DNA of 64,000 nt, taken from Opitutales bacterium. Its GTDB lineage: Bacteria; Verrucomicrobiota; Verrucomicrobiia; Opitutales; JBHJGM01. This document shows positions 1-9,590 of the stretch, piece by piece. The position numbers were made by a program, and so were the translations under genes. The notes under the pieces were generated by a model. That model worked only from the letters and a program-made list of their open reading frames with translations. It was not told where the DNA came from and did not search any database. The DNA lies in the NCBI GenBank assembly GCA_050331595.1, contig JBHJGQ010000013.1:69911-133910 (forward strand), in the 5' to 3' direction. Within the stretch, counting starts at the first letter, position 1. The number at the start of each line of letters is the position of its first letter.

Positions 1-17
1 TTGGCCGCACGCTGACG

Positions 18-1217
18 ATGAAACGGATGGTCTTTCTTTGGGGGTACTGGGGGCCCTACCACTACGCGCGTTTTCGCGGTGCGCGCCAGTGCGCGGGCGA
101 GGGGTTTTCCGTGCACGGGCTGGAGTTGTTCCGCCGCAGCGGCATTTACGATTACACCACCCTGGAGGGTTACCACGACATCGAGCACGTCAACATGGGT
201 GCGCACGAGATGCAGTTCTACCCGCTGGGGATGTTGCGCGAAGCCCTGCCGGCGCTCAAACGGCTGCGCCCGGATGTGCTCTTCGTGCCGTCGTACTGGC
301 ACTGGTCGCTGGTGATGAACCTGCGCGCGCGTCTGCGGGGTACGCGCATCGTGATGATGAACGAAACGCACGCCGGCACCGAACGCGCGACGGGCCTGAA
401 GCGTTGGGTCAAGCGCCAGATCGTTTCGCGGTTTCATGCCGGGTTGGTCGGTGGCACGCCACACCGGCGCTACTACGCCAGCCTGGGTCTGGACGAAGAT
501 CGTATCTTCCCCGGATACGATGTGGTGGACAACGGCTTCTTTGAAACGCAGGCGGCGAAGGTGCGTGCGGATGCCGAAGTAGCCCGTGACCAACTCGCGC
601 TGCCGCCGGACTTTTTCCTGAGCCTGGGCCGCATGGTGACCAAGAAAAACCTTCCCCGCCTGGTGCGCGCGTTTTTGCAGGTGGCGCAACCCGAGGGACG
701 ACCGGTGCACCTGGTCTTTGTCGGTTCGGGAGACGTGGAGCCCGAACTGCGACGCCTGTGTGCCGAGGGCGGTCTGCCGGTTGTCGATCACACACGCGCG
801 CCGGAGGCACCCGAGCCACAGCCCGACTACGACCGCGAGAAAGCCGCGGCTCACTTTTACGGTTTTCGACAGATTGACCAGAATCCGATTTTCTACGCAT
901 TGGCGCGCGCCTTCATTCTTCCGAGTTTGTATGAAGAATGGGGACTGGTGGTCAATGAGTCGATGGCCAGCGCAACCCCGGTCATCGCCTCCGCGACGCT
1001 GGGTTCGACGGAGGACCTGGTCATCCCCGAGCAGACCGGCTTGGCCATCGATCCCGAGGACGAGTCGGCCTTGAGGGCGGCCCTGCAGCGCTTTGCCGAC
1101 GATGCGACGTGGGCCCGGCAGATGGGTCAGCAGGCGCAGACGCACGTGCGCGGTTTCGGCCTGGAGCACTTTGGCAACAACGCGCGGCGGGCCGCCGAAG
1201 CCGCCCTTACCGTGTAG
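18..1217 (+). CDS. glycosyltransferase, GT-B fold (GT4 / Glycos_transf_1 type)
   Basis: 399-aa ORF. C-terminal motif EEWGLVVNESMASATPVIAS is typical of GT4 enzymes. First gene of a tightly packed same-strand operon. Confidence 0.85.
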   Translation: MKRMVFLWGYWGPYHYARFRGARQCAGEGFSVHGLELFRRSGIYDYTTLEGYHDIEHVNMGAHEMQFYPLGMLREALPALKRLRPDVLFVPSYWHWSLVMNLRARLRGTRIVMMNETHAGTERATGLKRWVKRQIVSRFHAGLVGGTPHRRYYASLGLDEDRIFPGYDVVDNGFFETQAAKVRADAEVARDQLALPPDFFLSLGRMVTKKNLPRLVRAFLQVAQPEGRPVHLVFVGSGDVEPELRRLCAEGGLPVVDHTRAPEAPEPQPDYDREKAAAHFYGFRQIDQNPIFYALARAFILPSLYEEWGLVVNESMASATPVIASATLGSTEDLVIPEQTGLAIDPEDESALRAALQRFADDATWARQMGQQAQTHVRGFGLEHFGNNARRAAEAALTV

Positions 1218-1226
1218 ACATTGCCG

Positions 1227-2351
1227 ATGTCCTCCTCTGACGGCCACCTGCATTTTGTCCAGTCGACCGAGCCGCTGGAGGGAGGCGGTTTGGGCCGGGC
1301 GGCGTTGGCGCTCAACGACGCCTTCAACACGGCCGGTCGTCCTTCCTTGCTGGTCTCGACGGATGCACGCGAAGCACCCCCGGCTCTCGACAACGCCCGA
1401 CTGTACACACGGCAGGGGCCCACGCCCTTGTTTTACGCGCCAGGTCTGCGGCAGGAAGCGCGTGGCCTTGTAGAAGCGCGCCGGGTGGTCCATGCGCACG
1501 GGTTTTACGTGTACCCCAACAAAGTGCTGGGCGGTTGGGCTCGGCGGCTCAAACGCGCACTGGTCTGCCACCCGCACGGAATGTTCGAGCCCTGGATCCT
1601 GAAACGCTCGCGCTGGAAAAAACGTCTGGTGCACTGGCTTTTTGAGGACGCAAATTTTCGGCACGCTTGTCTGTGGCGGGCGTTGACTTCGAAGGAAGCC
1701 GAACAGGTGCGCGCGCTGGGCTTGACGGGCGAAATCGTGGTCGCGCCCAACGGCATCGACCTGGCGCCGTTCGAGGACGCGGCGATTGCACCGGCAAGCA
1801 AAGAGCGGCGGCGCCTTCTTTTTCTCGGGCGCCTGCATCCAAAAAAGGGCATCGACCTGCTGCTGCGCGCTGCGTCGCAGAGCCCGGCGTTTCAGGCAGG
1901 CTGGGAAATCGTCGTGGCCGGTCCCGACGAAGGCGGTCACCTGGCCGAGTTGCAGGCGGTTGTGCGCGAATTGAGGCTGGAGGCGCGCGTCACTTTTCCG
2001 GGAACCGTGACCGGAGCGGATAAAGTGTCCTTACTGCGGAGCGCGGATGTGTTTGCGCTGACATCGCACTCGGAGGGCTTCTCGGTTGCCATTTTGGAAT
2101 CGATGGCCTGCGGTGTGCCGGTGCTTGGCTCGCATGCCTGTAATTTTCCGGAACTTGCCCGCGACGGCGGTGGCTGGCTGTGCGAGGCAGAGGTGGCCTC
2201 GGTGCGGACCAGCCTGGAGGGCGCCCTGGCCTGCACCGATGAGGAGCGCCAGCAGCGCGGACGCACCGGCCAGGAGCTTGTGCGCCAGCGTTACACCTGG
2301 CAGGCTGTGGCCCAAACGCTGTTGGAGGCTTGCGATGCCCACTGTCACTGA
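1227..2351 (+). CDS. glycosyltransferase, GT-B fold (GT4 type)
   Basis: ATG at 1227, inside track ORF 1221..2351. Motifs LLFLGRLHPKKGID and SHSEGFSVAILESMACGVPVL. Begins about 10 nt after the previous stop. Confidence 0.85.
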   Translation: MSSSDGHLHFVQSTEPLEGGGLGRAALALNDAFNTAGRPSLLVSTDAREAPPALDNARLYTRQGPTPLFYAPGLRQEARGLVEARRVVHAHGFYVYPNKVLGGWARRLKRALVCHPHGMFEPWILKRSRWKKRLVHWLFEDANFRHACLWRALTSKEAEQVRALGLTGEIVVAPNGIDLAPFEDAAIAPASKERRRLLFLGRLHPKKGIDLLLRAASQSPAFQAGWEIVVAGPDEGGHLAELQAVVRELRLEARVTFPGTVTGADKVSLLRSADVFALTSHSEGFSVAILESMACGVPVLGSHACNFPELARDGGGWLCEAEVASVRTSLEGALACTDEERQQRGRTGQELVRQRYTWQAVAQTLLEACDAHCH

Positions 2352-2940
2352 GTCCGCCGAACCCACGCCCGCAACGCGGATGCGCCTGGATACCTTCGAC
2401 GCCACGAAAGGCCTCGACCGTGGGCGTCCGCGGTGGTTCGAGCTGCTGTGGTACCTGACCAAATGCTGCTTTTTTCTGAGTGCCTTGCCATGGCCGGGTG
2501 CGCTCAAGCGCGGGCTGCTGAAAGCCTTCGGTGCGAAAGTGGGGCAGGGCGTCGTCATCAAGCCGCGCGTGAACATCCATCTGCCCTGGCGTCTGGAGCT
2601 GGGCGAGCACGTGTGGATCGGTGAGGAAGCGTTCATCCTGAATTTCGAGCCGGTGACCGTGGGCAGCCACGCCTGTATCTCCCAGCGCGCGTTCCTGTGC
2701 ACCGGCAATCACGACTACCGCAAGCCTGACTTTCCCTACCGCAACCGGCCCATCGATATCGGGGCGGGAGCCTGGGTGGGCGCGATGGTCTTCGTGGGTC
2801 CGGGCGCGGGACTTGGTGCGGAGACGGTGGCCACGGCGGGCTCGGTCGTCGTCGACTTTCTACCTTCGGGCATGGTTTGCGCGGGCAATCCGTGTAAACC
2901 GGTCCGGCCACGCTGGCCGCAATCCCAATCTTCAAGCTGA
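2335..2940 (+). CDS. hexapeptide-repeat O-acetyltransferase (WcaF / colanic-acid-type)
   Basis: ATG at 2335, in frame within track ORF 2086..2940, overlapping the upstream stop by 17 nt. Left-handed beta-helix repeats (IGEEAFILNFEPVTVGSHACIS, IGAGAWVGAMVFVGPGAGLG) and a WcaF-like N-terminus (RWFELLWYL). Confidence 0.8.
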   Translation: MPTVTESAEPTPATRMRLDTFDATKGLDRGRPRWFELLWYLTKCCFFLSALPWPGALKRGLLKAFGAKVGQGVVIKPRVNIHLPWRLELGEHVWIGEEAFILNFEPVTVGSHACISQRAFLCTGNHDYRKPDFPYRNRPIDIGAGAWVGAMVFVGPGAGLGAETVATAGSVVVDFLPSGMVCAGNPCKPVRPRWPQSQSSS

Positions 2941-2946
2941 GGCCGT

Positions 2947-4116
2947 ATGCCTTACGTTGTTGCCTTTAACGGAAATCGTGACCGCTACCAGCTGCCCTGG
3001 GCACTGGCGGAGGACGATGCGCTGGCGGCTTTCGTAACGGATCGCTACGCGCCGGATTGGCGGGCGAAGTTGCCCGGGCCGGTTGGCGCCAAAGCGCGGG
3101 CGCGGCATTGTCCTGGAATCACCTCGGCGCGGGTGCAAACGGACCCGCTGGCACCGCTGCCTAGGACACATCGAACGAACCGTTCGGGCCATTCCCAACA
3201 GGCTCTGGCGAGGCTCGCGCAGCGAACCGTGACCGCCGCGCGGCGAACGGATGCCGGGTTGTTGCTCTACGCCGAGGAGGCTGCGCTGGTCTTTGCTCGC
3301 GAGGAAATGCAGGCACACCGCAAAGGCGTTTTTCTGCCTTGGCCGCTCAGTGGCGCCGTCGCTACCGACCCGCTGGGCCCTGCCGAGCCGGCCTTGGGAG
3401 ACGTGGAAAAAGCCTGCCGGGCGGCGGACCTCGTCATTTGTCCCAGCGAGCACGTTGCCCGTTCGTTGCCGGAAATCGGGGTGGACGCGAGCAAGGTTCG
3501 GGTCGTTCCCTACGGCAGCTCCACGCTGGACGTGCCTGTCGATTCGGCGACGCGCTCGGGGGAGGTCTGCCGGTTCGTCTTTGCCGGTTCGTCCGAGGCG
3601 CGCTCCGGGTTGCCCCATCTGTTGGCCGCCTGGGAGGCGCTGGCGATGCCCCGCAGCGAGTTGCACTTGATCTGCGACGCGTTGAACGGTTCCGAGCGCA
3701 CGCACCGGATGAACAACGTTGTCGTGCACGCCGGGTTGCGTGAGTCGGAGGTTATCGAGCTGCTGCAGGACGCCCACGTTTATGTGCAGCCGTCGCTGTA
3801 CGAGGTCGGAAAAACGCGTTTACCGGACGCGCTTGGCCTGGGCGCCTACGTTGTCGCGTCGACCCACACGGTCTTGCCTGATTTGAATCCGCCCGAACAC
3901 GTTGGCGTGGTGGTGGACGCCGGGGACCGCCTGCGTCTGGGGGGTGCCTTGAGCGAGGCGCGCGAACGCTTTGAAGACGGCGCGATCGAACCGGGCGCGA
4001 TCCGCGACTTTGCTTGGAAACTAAGTTGGCCTGCCTTCCGCGCGGGCGTGCGCCAAGCCTGCGCGGGTGTTCGTCCAGCAACTACGTCCAACCCATCGGC
4101 CTGCGTTGTCTCGTGA
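2947..4116 (+). CDS. GT-B glycosyltransferase-like protein, divergent paralog of the next gene
   Basis: 389-aa ORF. The N-terminus (GNRDRYQLPWALAEDDALAAFVTDRY) parallels the next gene (GSREHYSIPRVLRRDRALAFFLTDFW). The C-terminal GT-B motif is degenerate (PSLYEVGKTRLPDALGLGAYVVAS). Confidence 0.6.
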   Translation: MPYVVAFNGNRDRYQLPWALAEDDALAAFVTDRYAPDWRAKLPGPVGAKARARHCPGITSARVQTDPLAPLPRTHRTNRSGHSQQALARLAQRTVTAARRTDAGLLLYAEEAALVFAREEMQAHRKGVFLPWPLSGAVATDPLGPAEPALGDVEKACRAADLVICPSEHVARSLPEIGVDASKVRVVPYGSSTLDVPVDSATRSGEVCRFVFAGSSEARSGLPHLLAAWEALAMPRSELHLICDALNGSERTHRMNNVVVHAGLRESEVIELLQDAHVYVQPSLYEVGKTRLPDALGLGAYVVASTHTVLPDLNPPEHVGVVVDAGDRLRLGGALSEARERFEDGAIEPGAIRDFAWKLSWPAFRAGVRQACAGVRPATTSNPSACVVS

Positions 4117-5378
4117 AGTATCCCTGGGTGTGCAGTCAGCTGGGCTCGCGCGAGCATTACAGCATTCCGCGGGTGTTGCGGCGGGACCGGGCGCTGGCTT
4201 TTTTCCTGACCGACTTCTGGAACGACTATCCCGCCTGGTTTGGCAAGACGCTGCCGGCGCGCTTCAAGAAGGTGCTGGAGCGTAAGCATCCTGAGTTGGA
4301 CGGGCAGGCGGTTGTCCACCTGGGACTGGGGCGGCTGCGTTTCGACCTCACCGCGAAGGCGCGTCAATGGAGCGCGTGGAAAACCATCGTCCAACGTAAC
4401 GCTTACTATCAGCGGCAACTGCTCAGTGAGTTACGCCCGTTGCAGGACGATCTGCGCGCGAAGGCCCCAGGCGTGTTCTTCAGCTACAGTTACACCGCCG
4501 ACCGGCTTTTTGAGTTTTTTAAGGAGCTGGGCTGGTACTGCGTCCTGTGCCAGATCGATCCCGCTCGCGAAGAAGAGGACCGGGTCATGGCCGAGACGAA
4601 CGCCCACCCGGAGTGGGCCGACGCTGCCACCCGCGCGCCCTCCATCTACTGGGAACGCTGGTCACGTGAATGTGCGCTGGCAGACCGTATCCTGGTGAAC
4701 TCGCCCTGGTCGGCCGAGGCCTTGCAGCGTCAGGGCATTGAAAAGGAGCGGCTGCAGGTCGTGCCCTTGGCCTACGAGTCGCCCCCCAAACCTCCGGATG
4801 AGTCACTGCACGCCTTGCCAGCGTCGTTCACGATGGAGCGTCCGTTGCGCGTGCTTTACCTGGGGCAGGTCGTGCCACGCAAAGGCGTGCGCCTGTTGCT
4901 GGAAGCCATCGATGCGCTGCGCGAGCGGCCGATCGAATTGTGGATGGTTGGGCCGGTGCGCATGGAGGTGCCTGCGGCGTGTCTGAATCATCCGCGGGTG
5001 CGCTGGACCGGAGCGGTTTCCCGCAGCGAAGCGCAGGCTCAGTACCAGCAGGCCGACGTGTTTGTGCTGCCGACCTTGTCGGATGGTTTCGCGATCACTC
5101 AGCTCGAAGCGCAGGCCTATGGCGTTCCCGTCCTGGCCAGCCAGCGGTGTGGCGAGGTTGTCCGCGACCGCGAAAACGGCCTGCTTCTGGAGCCGCTCTG
5201 CACCGAGACGATCGTGGAGGCGTTTGCGCACTGCCTCGACCATCCTGCGGAGGTGGAGCGCTGGTCGCGGCAGAGCCAGGTCGACGCGGCGTTTTCGATG
5301 GAAGCGCTGCAGGCGAATCTGCGCACGGTGGAGGCGCACCTTCAGGGAATGAAAACTGCTCCCGGCAGGCACGCATGA
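4113..5378 (+). CDS. glycosyltransferase, GT-B fold (GT4-like)
   Basis: GTG at 4113 overlaps the upstream TGA (GTGA) and is in frame with track ORF 4014..5378. Motifs VLYLGQVVPRKGVRLL and PTLSDGFAITQLEAQAYGVPVLAS. Confidence 0.8.
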   Translation: MKYPWVCSQLGSREHYSIPRVLRRDRALAFFLTDFWNDYPAWFGKTLPARFKKVLERKHPELDGQAVVHLGLGRLRFDLTAKARQWSAWKTIVQRNAYYQRQLLSELRPLQDDLRAKAPGVFFSYSYTADRLFEFFKELGWYCVLCQIDPAREEEDRVMAETNAHPEWADAATRAPSIYWERWSRECALADRILVNSPWSAEALQRQGIEKERLQVVPLAYESPPKPPDESLHALPASFTMERPLRVLYLGQVVPRKGVRLLLEAIDALRERPIELWMVGPVRMEVPAACLNHPRVRWTGAVSRSEAQAQYQQADVFVLPTLSDGFAITQLEAQAYGVPVLASQRCGEVVRDRENGLLLEPLCTETIVEAFAHCLDHPAEVERWSRQSQVDAAFSMEALQANLRTVEAHLQGMKTAPGRHA

Positions 5379-6379
5379 GCGCAAAACCCGTACGCATTGT
5401 TCTAGTCACTTTCTACGAGCCGGGCGGTGGCCTGCCGGGCGAGTTCACGCATTATCGCGACCGGTTGGGCTTTCGCCTGGCGAGCGATGCGCCCAAGCTT
5501 CCCTGCCCGGTGTACGAAAATGATGACGGGATGATCGCTCTGATCACCGGGCCCAGCGGCCTGGCGACGGGGCACTCGGTCAGCGCCTTGGGCTGGTGCG
5601 GTCATTACGATCTAACGCAGTCGTACTGGATTCTCAGCGGCATCGCCGGCGCCAATCCCAACGTCGTCAGCCTGGGCAGCGCGGTCTGGCACGACTGGCT
5701 GGTGGATGGTGAAATTTGCTACGAGATCGACTCCAGCGAAACACCGCAAGGTTGGCCGTACGGGACGTTTCCCATGGGCTGTCGCGGACCGGTCAACGCG
5801 TCGATGCCAGTCGCGCCGCCGGCAGCGGGCTTTCGGGAGTACGCCTTTGAAACGCCCGCCTCGCTCCTGCGTTGGGCGGTCTCCGTCAGCCGGGATGTGC
5901 CGATCGACGACCCGGAGGACTTGCAGGAGTTTCGCCAGCGTTTTACCGGGCATCCCGTCGCGCTGCAGCCGCCATCCATCTCTGTCGGCACGAACCTCTC
6001 GGCCAGCCGCTACTGGCACGGGCCGGTGCTCAACCAGTGGGCCGAGGATTGGTGCGCGCATTTTTCGCAGGGGCAAAGCAGCTTTGCAACCTCGGCCATG
6101 GAAGACTTTCCGGCCCTGCGCGTGATCAAAGATTTGGGTGAGGCCGGACGCGCCGATCCCGAACGTTTTCTGTCCCTGCGCTGCGCGAGCAACTTCACGT
6201 TGCCTGCGCCAGGCGTGGACATCTTGACGAGTCTCTGCGGGCCCGAGGGAACCGTGGGCGAACCGGATTTTCCGAGCCTGGCTCCCTGCCTCGAGAACGG
6301 CTATCGGGCGGTCAACGCGGTGCTGCAGGCGCTGCTGTCAGACTGGGCGACGCACCAGCACACGCCCCCGACGGCCTAA
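5375..6379 (+). CDS. purine nucleoside permease (NUP, PF06516-like) family protein
   Basis: ATG at 5375 overlaps the upstream TGA (ATGA). The N-terminal pattern KPVRIVLVTFYEPGG...GMIALITGPSGLATG...YWILSGIAGANP...GSAVWHDWLVDGEICYEID matches my recollection of the NUP family. Family call is from memory only. Confidence 0.55.
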   Translation: MSAKPVRIVLVTFYEPGGGLPGEFTHYRDRLGFRLASDAPKLPCPVYENDDGMIALITGPSGLATGHSVSALGWCGHYDLTQSYWILSGIAGANPNVVSLGSAVWHDWLVDGEICYEIDSSETPQGWPYGTFPMGCRGPVNASMPVAPPAAGFREYAFETPASLLRWAVSVSRDVPIDDPEDLQEFRQRFTGHPVALQPPSISVGTNLSASRYWHGPVLNQWAEDWCAHFSQGQSSFATSAMEDFPALRVIKDLGEAGRADPERFLSLRCASNFTLPAPGVDILTSLCGPEGTVGEPDFPSLAPCLENGYRAVNAVLQALLSDWATHQHTPPTA

Positions 6380-7170
6380 ATTCTCGCTCTCGATTTGAGC
6401 CCAACAATGCGCATGGGCAGGCCGGTTTCGTCGAACTCGAGTGGCACCTGTTCCGGCAGCACGCGCCAGCGGCCGGGCACCGAGGCGGCGTAGGTCAGCA
6501 TGGCGGCGTCAACGGCGTCGTCGGGAAGGAGCTCGGAGCGGCGGTGTTGAGCGAGAATGGCCTGCACAACGGGCAGCAGTTCCGGTCGGTTGTCCTGGAT
6601 TAAAGCGAGGCGTTCGTCACGTCCCTGTTCGGTTTTTTTCGATGAGGCCAGCCCGGCGCCGTCGACCAGTCCGGCGAAACAAACCTCCGGGTGCGCCTCG
6701 ACGATCTTTTCCCGTGCCGCGGCATTGCCCTGTAGCAGGGCATCGCATTCGCGTATCTTCGGCAGGATAAAGTAACTTTGCTTGCTGAGCTTCTTGCCGA
6801 GCTGTTTCAGGTTCAGTTTACAGGCCTCGGGGTAAGCGCGCGCTTCGAGCGCGGCTCGGCTTGGACACGGGAAAACGCGGCTGCCGCGGCGCGGCCCCAA
6901 AATTTGCCGGGCTTCGCTGTCACAGTGGCGGTGCAACCGGTGCGGCAGGCCAATTGGCATGTCGACGAGGATGTGCTCGGCATGCCCCAGCGCGGTCCAC
7001 AGTGCGGTCATGCTGGCGAAGACCGCGGCGCCGGTTTTTCGCGGCGCGCGCTTGGTCAGCCAAAGCGCGATCCAGCCCGCGCGGCAGCCGTCCACGCCAA
7101 CAACAAAGGATTCTGGTTTGCGCGGAACGGGGATCATTGGTCGGGCGTGAAGGGTGCGCGGCCTTGCCAA
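6376..7170 (-). CDS. DUF429 domain-containing protein
   Basis: 264-aa [17 protein letters not shown]...[10 protein letters not shown]...[23 protein letters not shown] is the DUF429 pattern. The true start may be the internal Met at 7137. Its stop overlaps the convergent stop of the NUP-like gene. Confidence 0.7.
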   Translation of the reverse strand: MARPRTLHARPMIPVPRKPESFVVGVDGCRAGWIALWLTKRAPRKTGAAVFASMTALWTALGHAEHILVDMPIGLPHRLHRHCDSEARQILGPRRGSRVFPCPSRAALEARAYPEACKLNLKQLGKKLSKQSYFILPKIRECDALLQGNAAAREKIVEAHPEVCFAGLVDGAGLASSKKTEQGRDERLALIQDNRPELLPVVQAILAQHRRSELLPDDAVDAAMLTYAASVPGRWRVLPEQVPLEFDETGLPMRIVGLKSRARI

Positions 7171-7194
7171 GTCGTAGCGGCTTCGTTAGCTGCC

Positions 7195-7725
7195 ATGCAC
7201 ATGGAGGAGAGTAAGCCACGGGGGACCAGCGAGGGCAACCGCCCGCGCGTGGGCGTCATCATGGGCAGCAAGTCCGACTGGGAAACGCTGCGACACGCGG
7301 CGGAAACACTGACCCAGTTGGCGATTGCCCACGAATGCGTGATCGTCAGCGCGCACCGCACGCCTGAAAAAATGCGCACCTATGCGCGTGAGGCTGAAGG
7401 CCGCGGGCTGGCCGTGATCCTCGCGGGGGCCGGCGGAGCCGCGCATCTGCCGGGAATGGTCGCCGCGCAAACGCACCTGCCCGTGTTGGGCGTACCCGTG
7501 GAGAGCCGGGTGCTGCGGGGTGTCGACTCGCTGCTCTCGATCGTGCAAATGCCCGCGGGTATCCCTGTGCCGACCCTCGCCATCGGCAAAGCCGGTGCGA
7601 TCAACGCCGCTTTGAGCGCCGCTGCCATTCTTGCGCTGAACGACGCGGCCCTGCGCGAACGCCTGCTGGCCTGGCGTGCCGCGCAGACCGAGGCGGTTGG
7701 CAACGATTCACTCCCCTCGCAATGA
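7195..7725 (+). CDS. purE: 5-(carboxyamino)imidazole ribonucleotide mutase
   Basis: [14 protein letters not shown]...[10 protein letters not shown]...[27 protein letters not shown] at 7195 within a longer track ORF whose N-terminal part overlaps the DUF429 gene. Confidence 0.95.
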   Translation: MHMEESKPRGTSEGNRPRVGVIMGSKSDWETLRHAAETLTQLAIAHECVIVSAHRTPEKMRTYAREAEGRGLAVILAGAGGAAHLPGMVAAQTHLPVLGVPVESRVLRGVDSLLSIVQMPAGIPVPTLAIGKAGAINAALSAAAILALNDAALRERLLAWRAAQTEAVGNDSLPSQ

Positions 7726-8891
7726 ACGCGCCGGCCGGTTTGAACTCCCCGCTGCCGGGACCGGCGCTGGGCATTTTGGGCGGCGGCCAACTCGGCCGCA
7801 TGATGATCCTGGCCGGACGTGAACTGGGGCTGCGCTTGCACGTGTTCGATCCCGACCCCAATTGCTGCGCCGGTGCGGTGGCCGACATCCTGTATCCCTA
7901 TGCCTACGACGACCACGACGCGCTCAAGCGTTTTGCCGATGGACTGGACTGGGTGACGCTGGAGTTTGAAAACGTGCCGGCGATGGCTGCGAGCACGCTG
8001 GCCAGGAAACTGCCGGTTCGTCCGAACACGCGCGCACTCGAGATCTGCCAGCACCGCGTACTGGAGAAGACGTTTTTACGCGAGCGGGGGATTGCCTGCG
8101 CACCGTTTGCAATCGTGCACGACAAGACAGGCCTGCGGTCGGCGGCCCAGTCGCTCGGCCTGCCCGCAGTGCTCAAGCAGGCGGAGAGCGGTTATGACGG
8201 AAAGGGACAGTGTAAACTGGAATCAGAGGATGATTTCGACGATGCCGAAGTGCTATTCGGGGGCGGGTCGTGCGTCCTGGAAAAATGGATACCGTTCCGC
8301 CGGGAACTCTCGATCCTCTGCGCCCGCCGCCCGTCCGGTGAAACCCAAGTCTTCCCCCTGGTCGAAAACATCCATCGCAACCACATTCTGCACGCGACGA
8401 TTGCCCCGGCTGATGTTCCCGAGTCTCTTGTTCGGAAGGCGGAAGTAATGGCTCGTGCCATTGCCGAGGCGCTGGACTATGTCGGTCTACTAGCGGTGGA
8501 GTTTTTTGAGGACGCCGATGGCGAAATACTGGTCAACGAGATGGCGCCGCGACCGCACAATAGCGGACATTACTCGATCGACGCCTGCGCGCATTCGCAG
8601 TTTGAGCTGCACTGCCGGGCGGTCTGCGCCTGGCCGCTGGTGGCACCCACGCAGCGTGCGCCTGCGGTGATGGTCAACTTGCTGGGCGATCTCTGGCCGT
8701 CGCCGACCGAGCCGCCTGACTTCGCCCCACTGTTGAGTCAGCCGGGCTGCCACCTGCACCTCTACGACAAGGGCGAGCCGCGAGCCGGGCGCAAGATGGG
8801 ACACTTTACCGTGGTCGACCCAGACCCGCGTAAAGCGCGCGAACGTGCTCGCGAAATTTTTCGGGCGCTGGGCGGCGAGCCGGCTTTTTAG
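7722..8891 (+). CDS. purK: 5-(carboxyamino)imidazole ribonucleotide synthase
   Basis: ATGA overlap with the purE stop. ATP-grasp motifs ([39 protein letters not shown]). Confidence 0.95.
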   Translation: MNAPAGLNSPLPGPALGILGGGQLGRMMILAGRELGLRLHVFDPDPNCCAGAVADILYPYAYDDHDALKRFADGLDWVTLEFENVPAMAASTLARKLPVRPNTRALEICQHRVLEKTFLRERGIACAPFAIVHDKTGLRSAAQSLGLPAVLKQAESGYDGKGQCKLESEDDFDDAEVLFGGGSCVLEKWIPFRRELSILCARRPSGETQVFPLVENIHRNHILHATIAPADVPESLVRKAEVMARAIAEALDYVGLLAVEFFEDADGEILVNEMAPRPHNSGHYSIDACAHSQFELHCRAVCAWPLVAPTQRAPAVMVNLLGDLWPSPTEPPDFAPLLSQPGCHLHLYDKGEPRAGRKMGHFTVVDPDPRKARERAREIFRALGGEPAF

Positions 8892-8897
8892 CCACGC

Positions 8898-9590
8898 TCA
8901 GGCGTCGGCGGTGTGACCGCGTACCTGTTCGACGATCCGCTGCACGACATCTACCGGGGACAGCAATCCCGTGTCGATGCGCACCGCGCCTTCCGGGCAG
9001 GTGAGGGGAGCACTGGCCCGGCGCGAGTCGGCGGCGTCGCGCTGAGCGATGGCGTCCTGCTGGCCTTCTTTTTCGCGACGCTGCTGGCGCGTTGCTGTAT
9101 CCGCCTCTAAGAAAAATCGGTACCGCGCATCGGGCAAAATGACGGAGCCAATGTCGCGTCCCTCCATCACCACACCCTTGAAACTGTGGCTGCGGGCCAC
9201 CTCGACCTGGCCGCGCTGATAGGCCTTCAGAAACTTGCGGACCGCTGGTTGGGCGGCCACCGCTGATACCTGCGCGTTGACCGTATCCGCTCGCAACGCG
9301 GTCGTGCTATAGGTTTTGCCGTTCAAAACGGTTCTCGCCTGACGGTTATCAAGGCACGTGGTCAGCTCAAGGGTTTGCAGCGCACGCTCGACCGCGTCGG
9401 GCCGCTCCAGGTCGACGCCCTGATCGAGGAGGGCCGCCGTGACTGCGCGGTAGTGCGAGCCGGTGTCCACGTGCAGCAGATGCAGCGCTTCGGCCAGGCC
9501 GCGCGCGGTGGTGGATTTGCCCGAGGCCGCGCCGCCGTCGATTGCGATGACGATGAATCCGTCACCCTTTTCTGGATACGTTTCAGGCAT
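8898..9590 (-). CDS. cmk: cytidylate kinase
   Basis: P-loop IAIDGGAASGKSTTARGLA...HVDTGSHYRA. Last gene of the conserved tyrA-aroA-cmk arrangement. Confidence 0.93.
   Translation of the reverse strand: MPETYPEKGDGFIVIAIDGGAASGKSTTARGLAEALHLLHVDTGSHYRAVTAALLDQGVDLERPDAVERALQTLELTTCLDNRQARTVLNGKTYSTTALRADTVNAQVSAVAAQPAVRKFLKAYQRGQVEVARSHSFKGVVMEGRDIGSVILPDARYRFFLEADTATRQQRREKEGQQDAIAQRDAADSRRASAPLTCPEGAVRIDTGLLSPVDVVQRIVEQVRGHTADA

Noticed and set aside
4940-5374. Long N-terminal extensions offered by the ORF track. Examples are 4940.. for the NUP-like gene, 6778.. for purE, 15643.. for pilT, 49751.. for the methyltransferase, 50506 for the CrtI-like gene, and 62383 for the rhomboid.
   Set aside because: The extensions overlap well-supported neighbouring genes and lack family similarity. 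Internal starts coincide with the beginning of the conserved domains and often with ATGA/GTGA coupling to the upstream stop.
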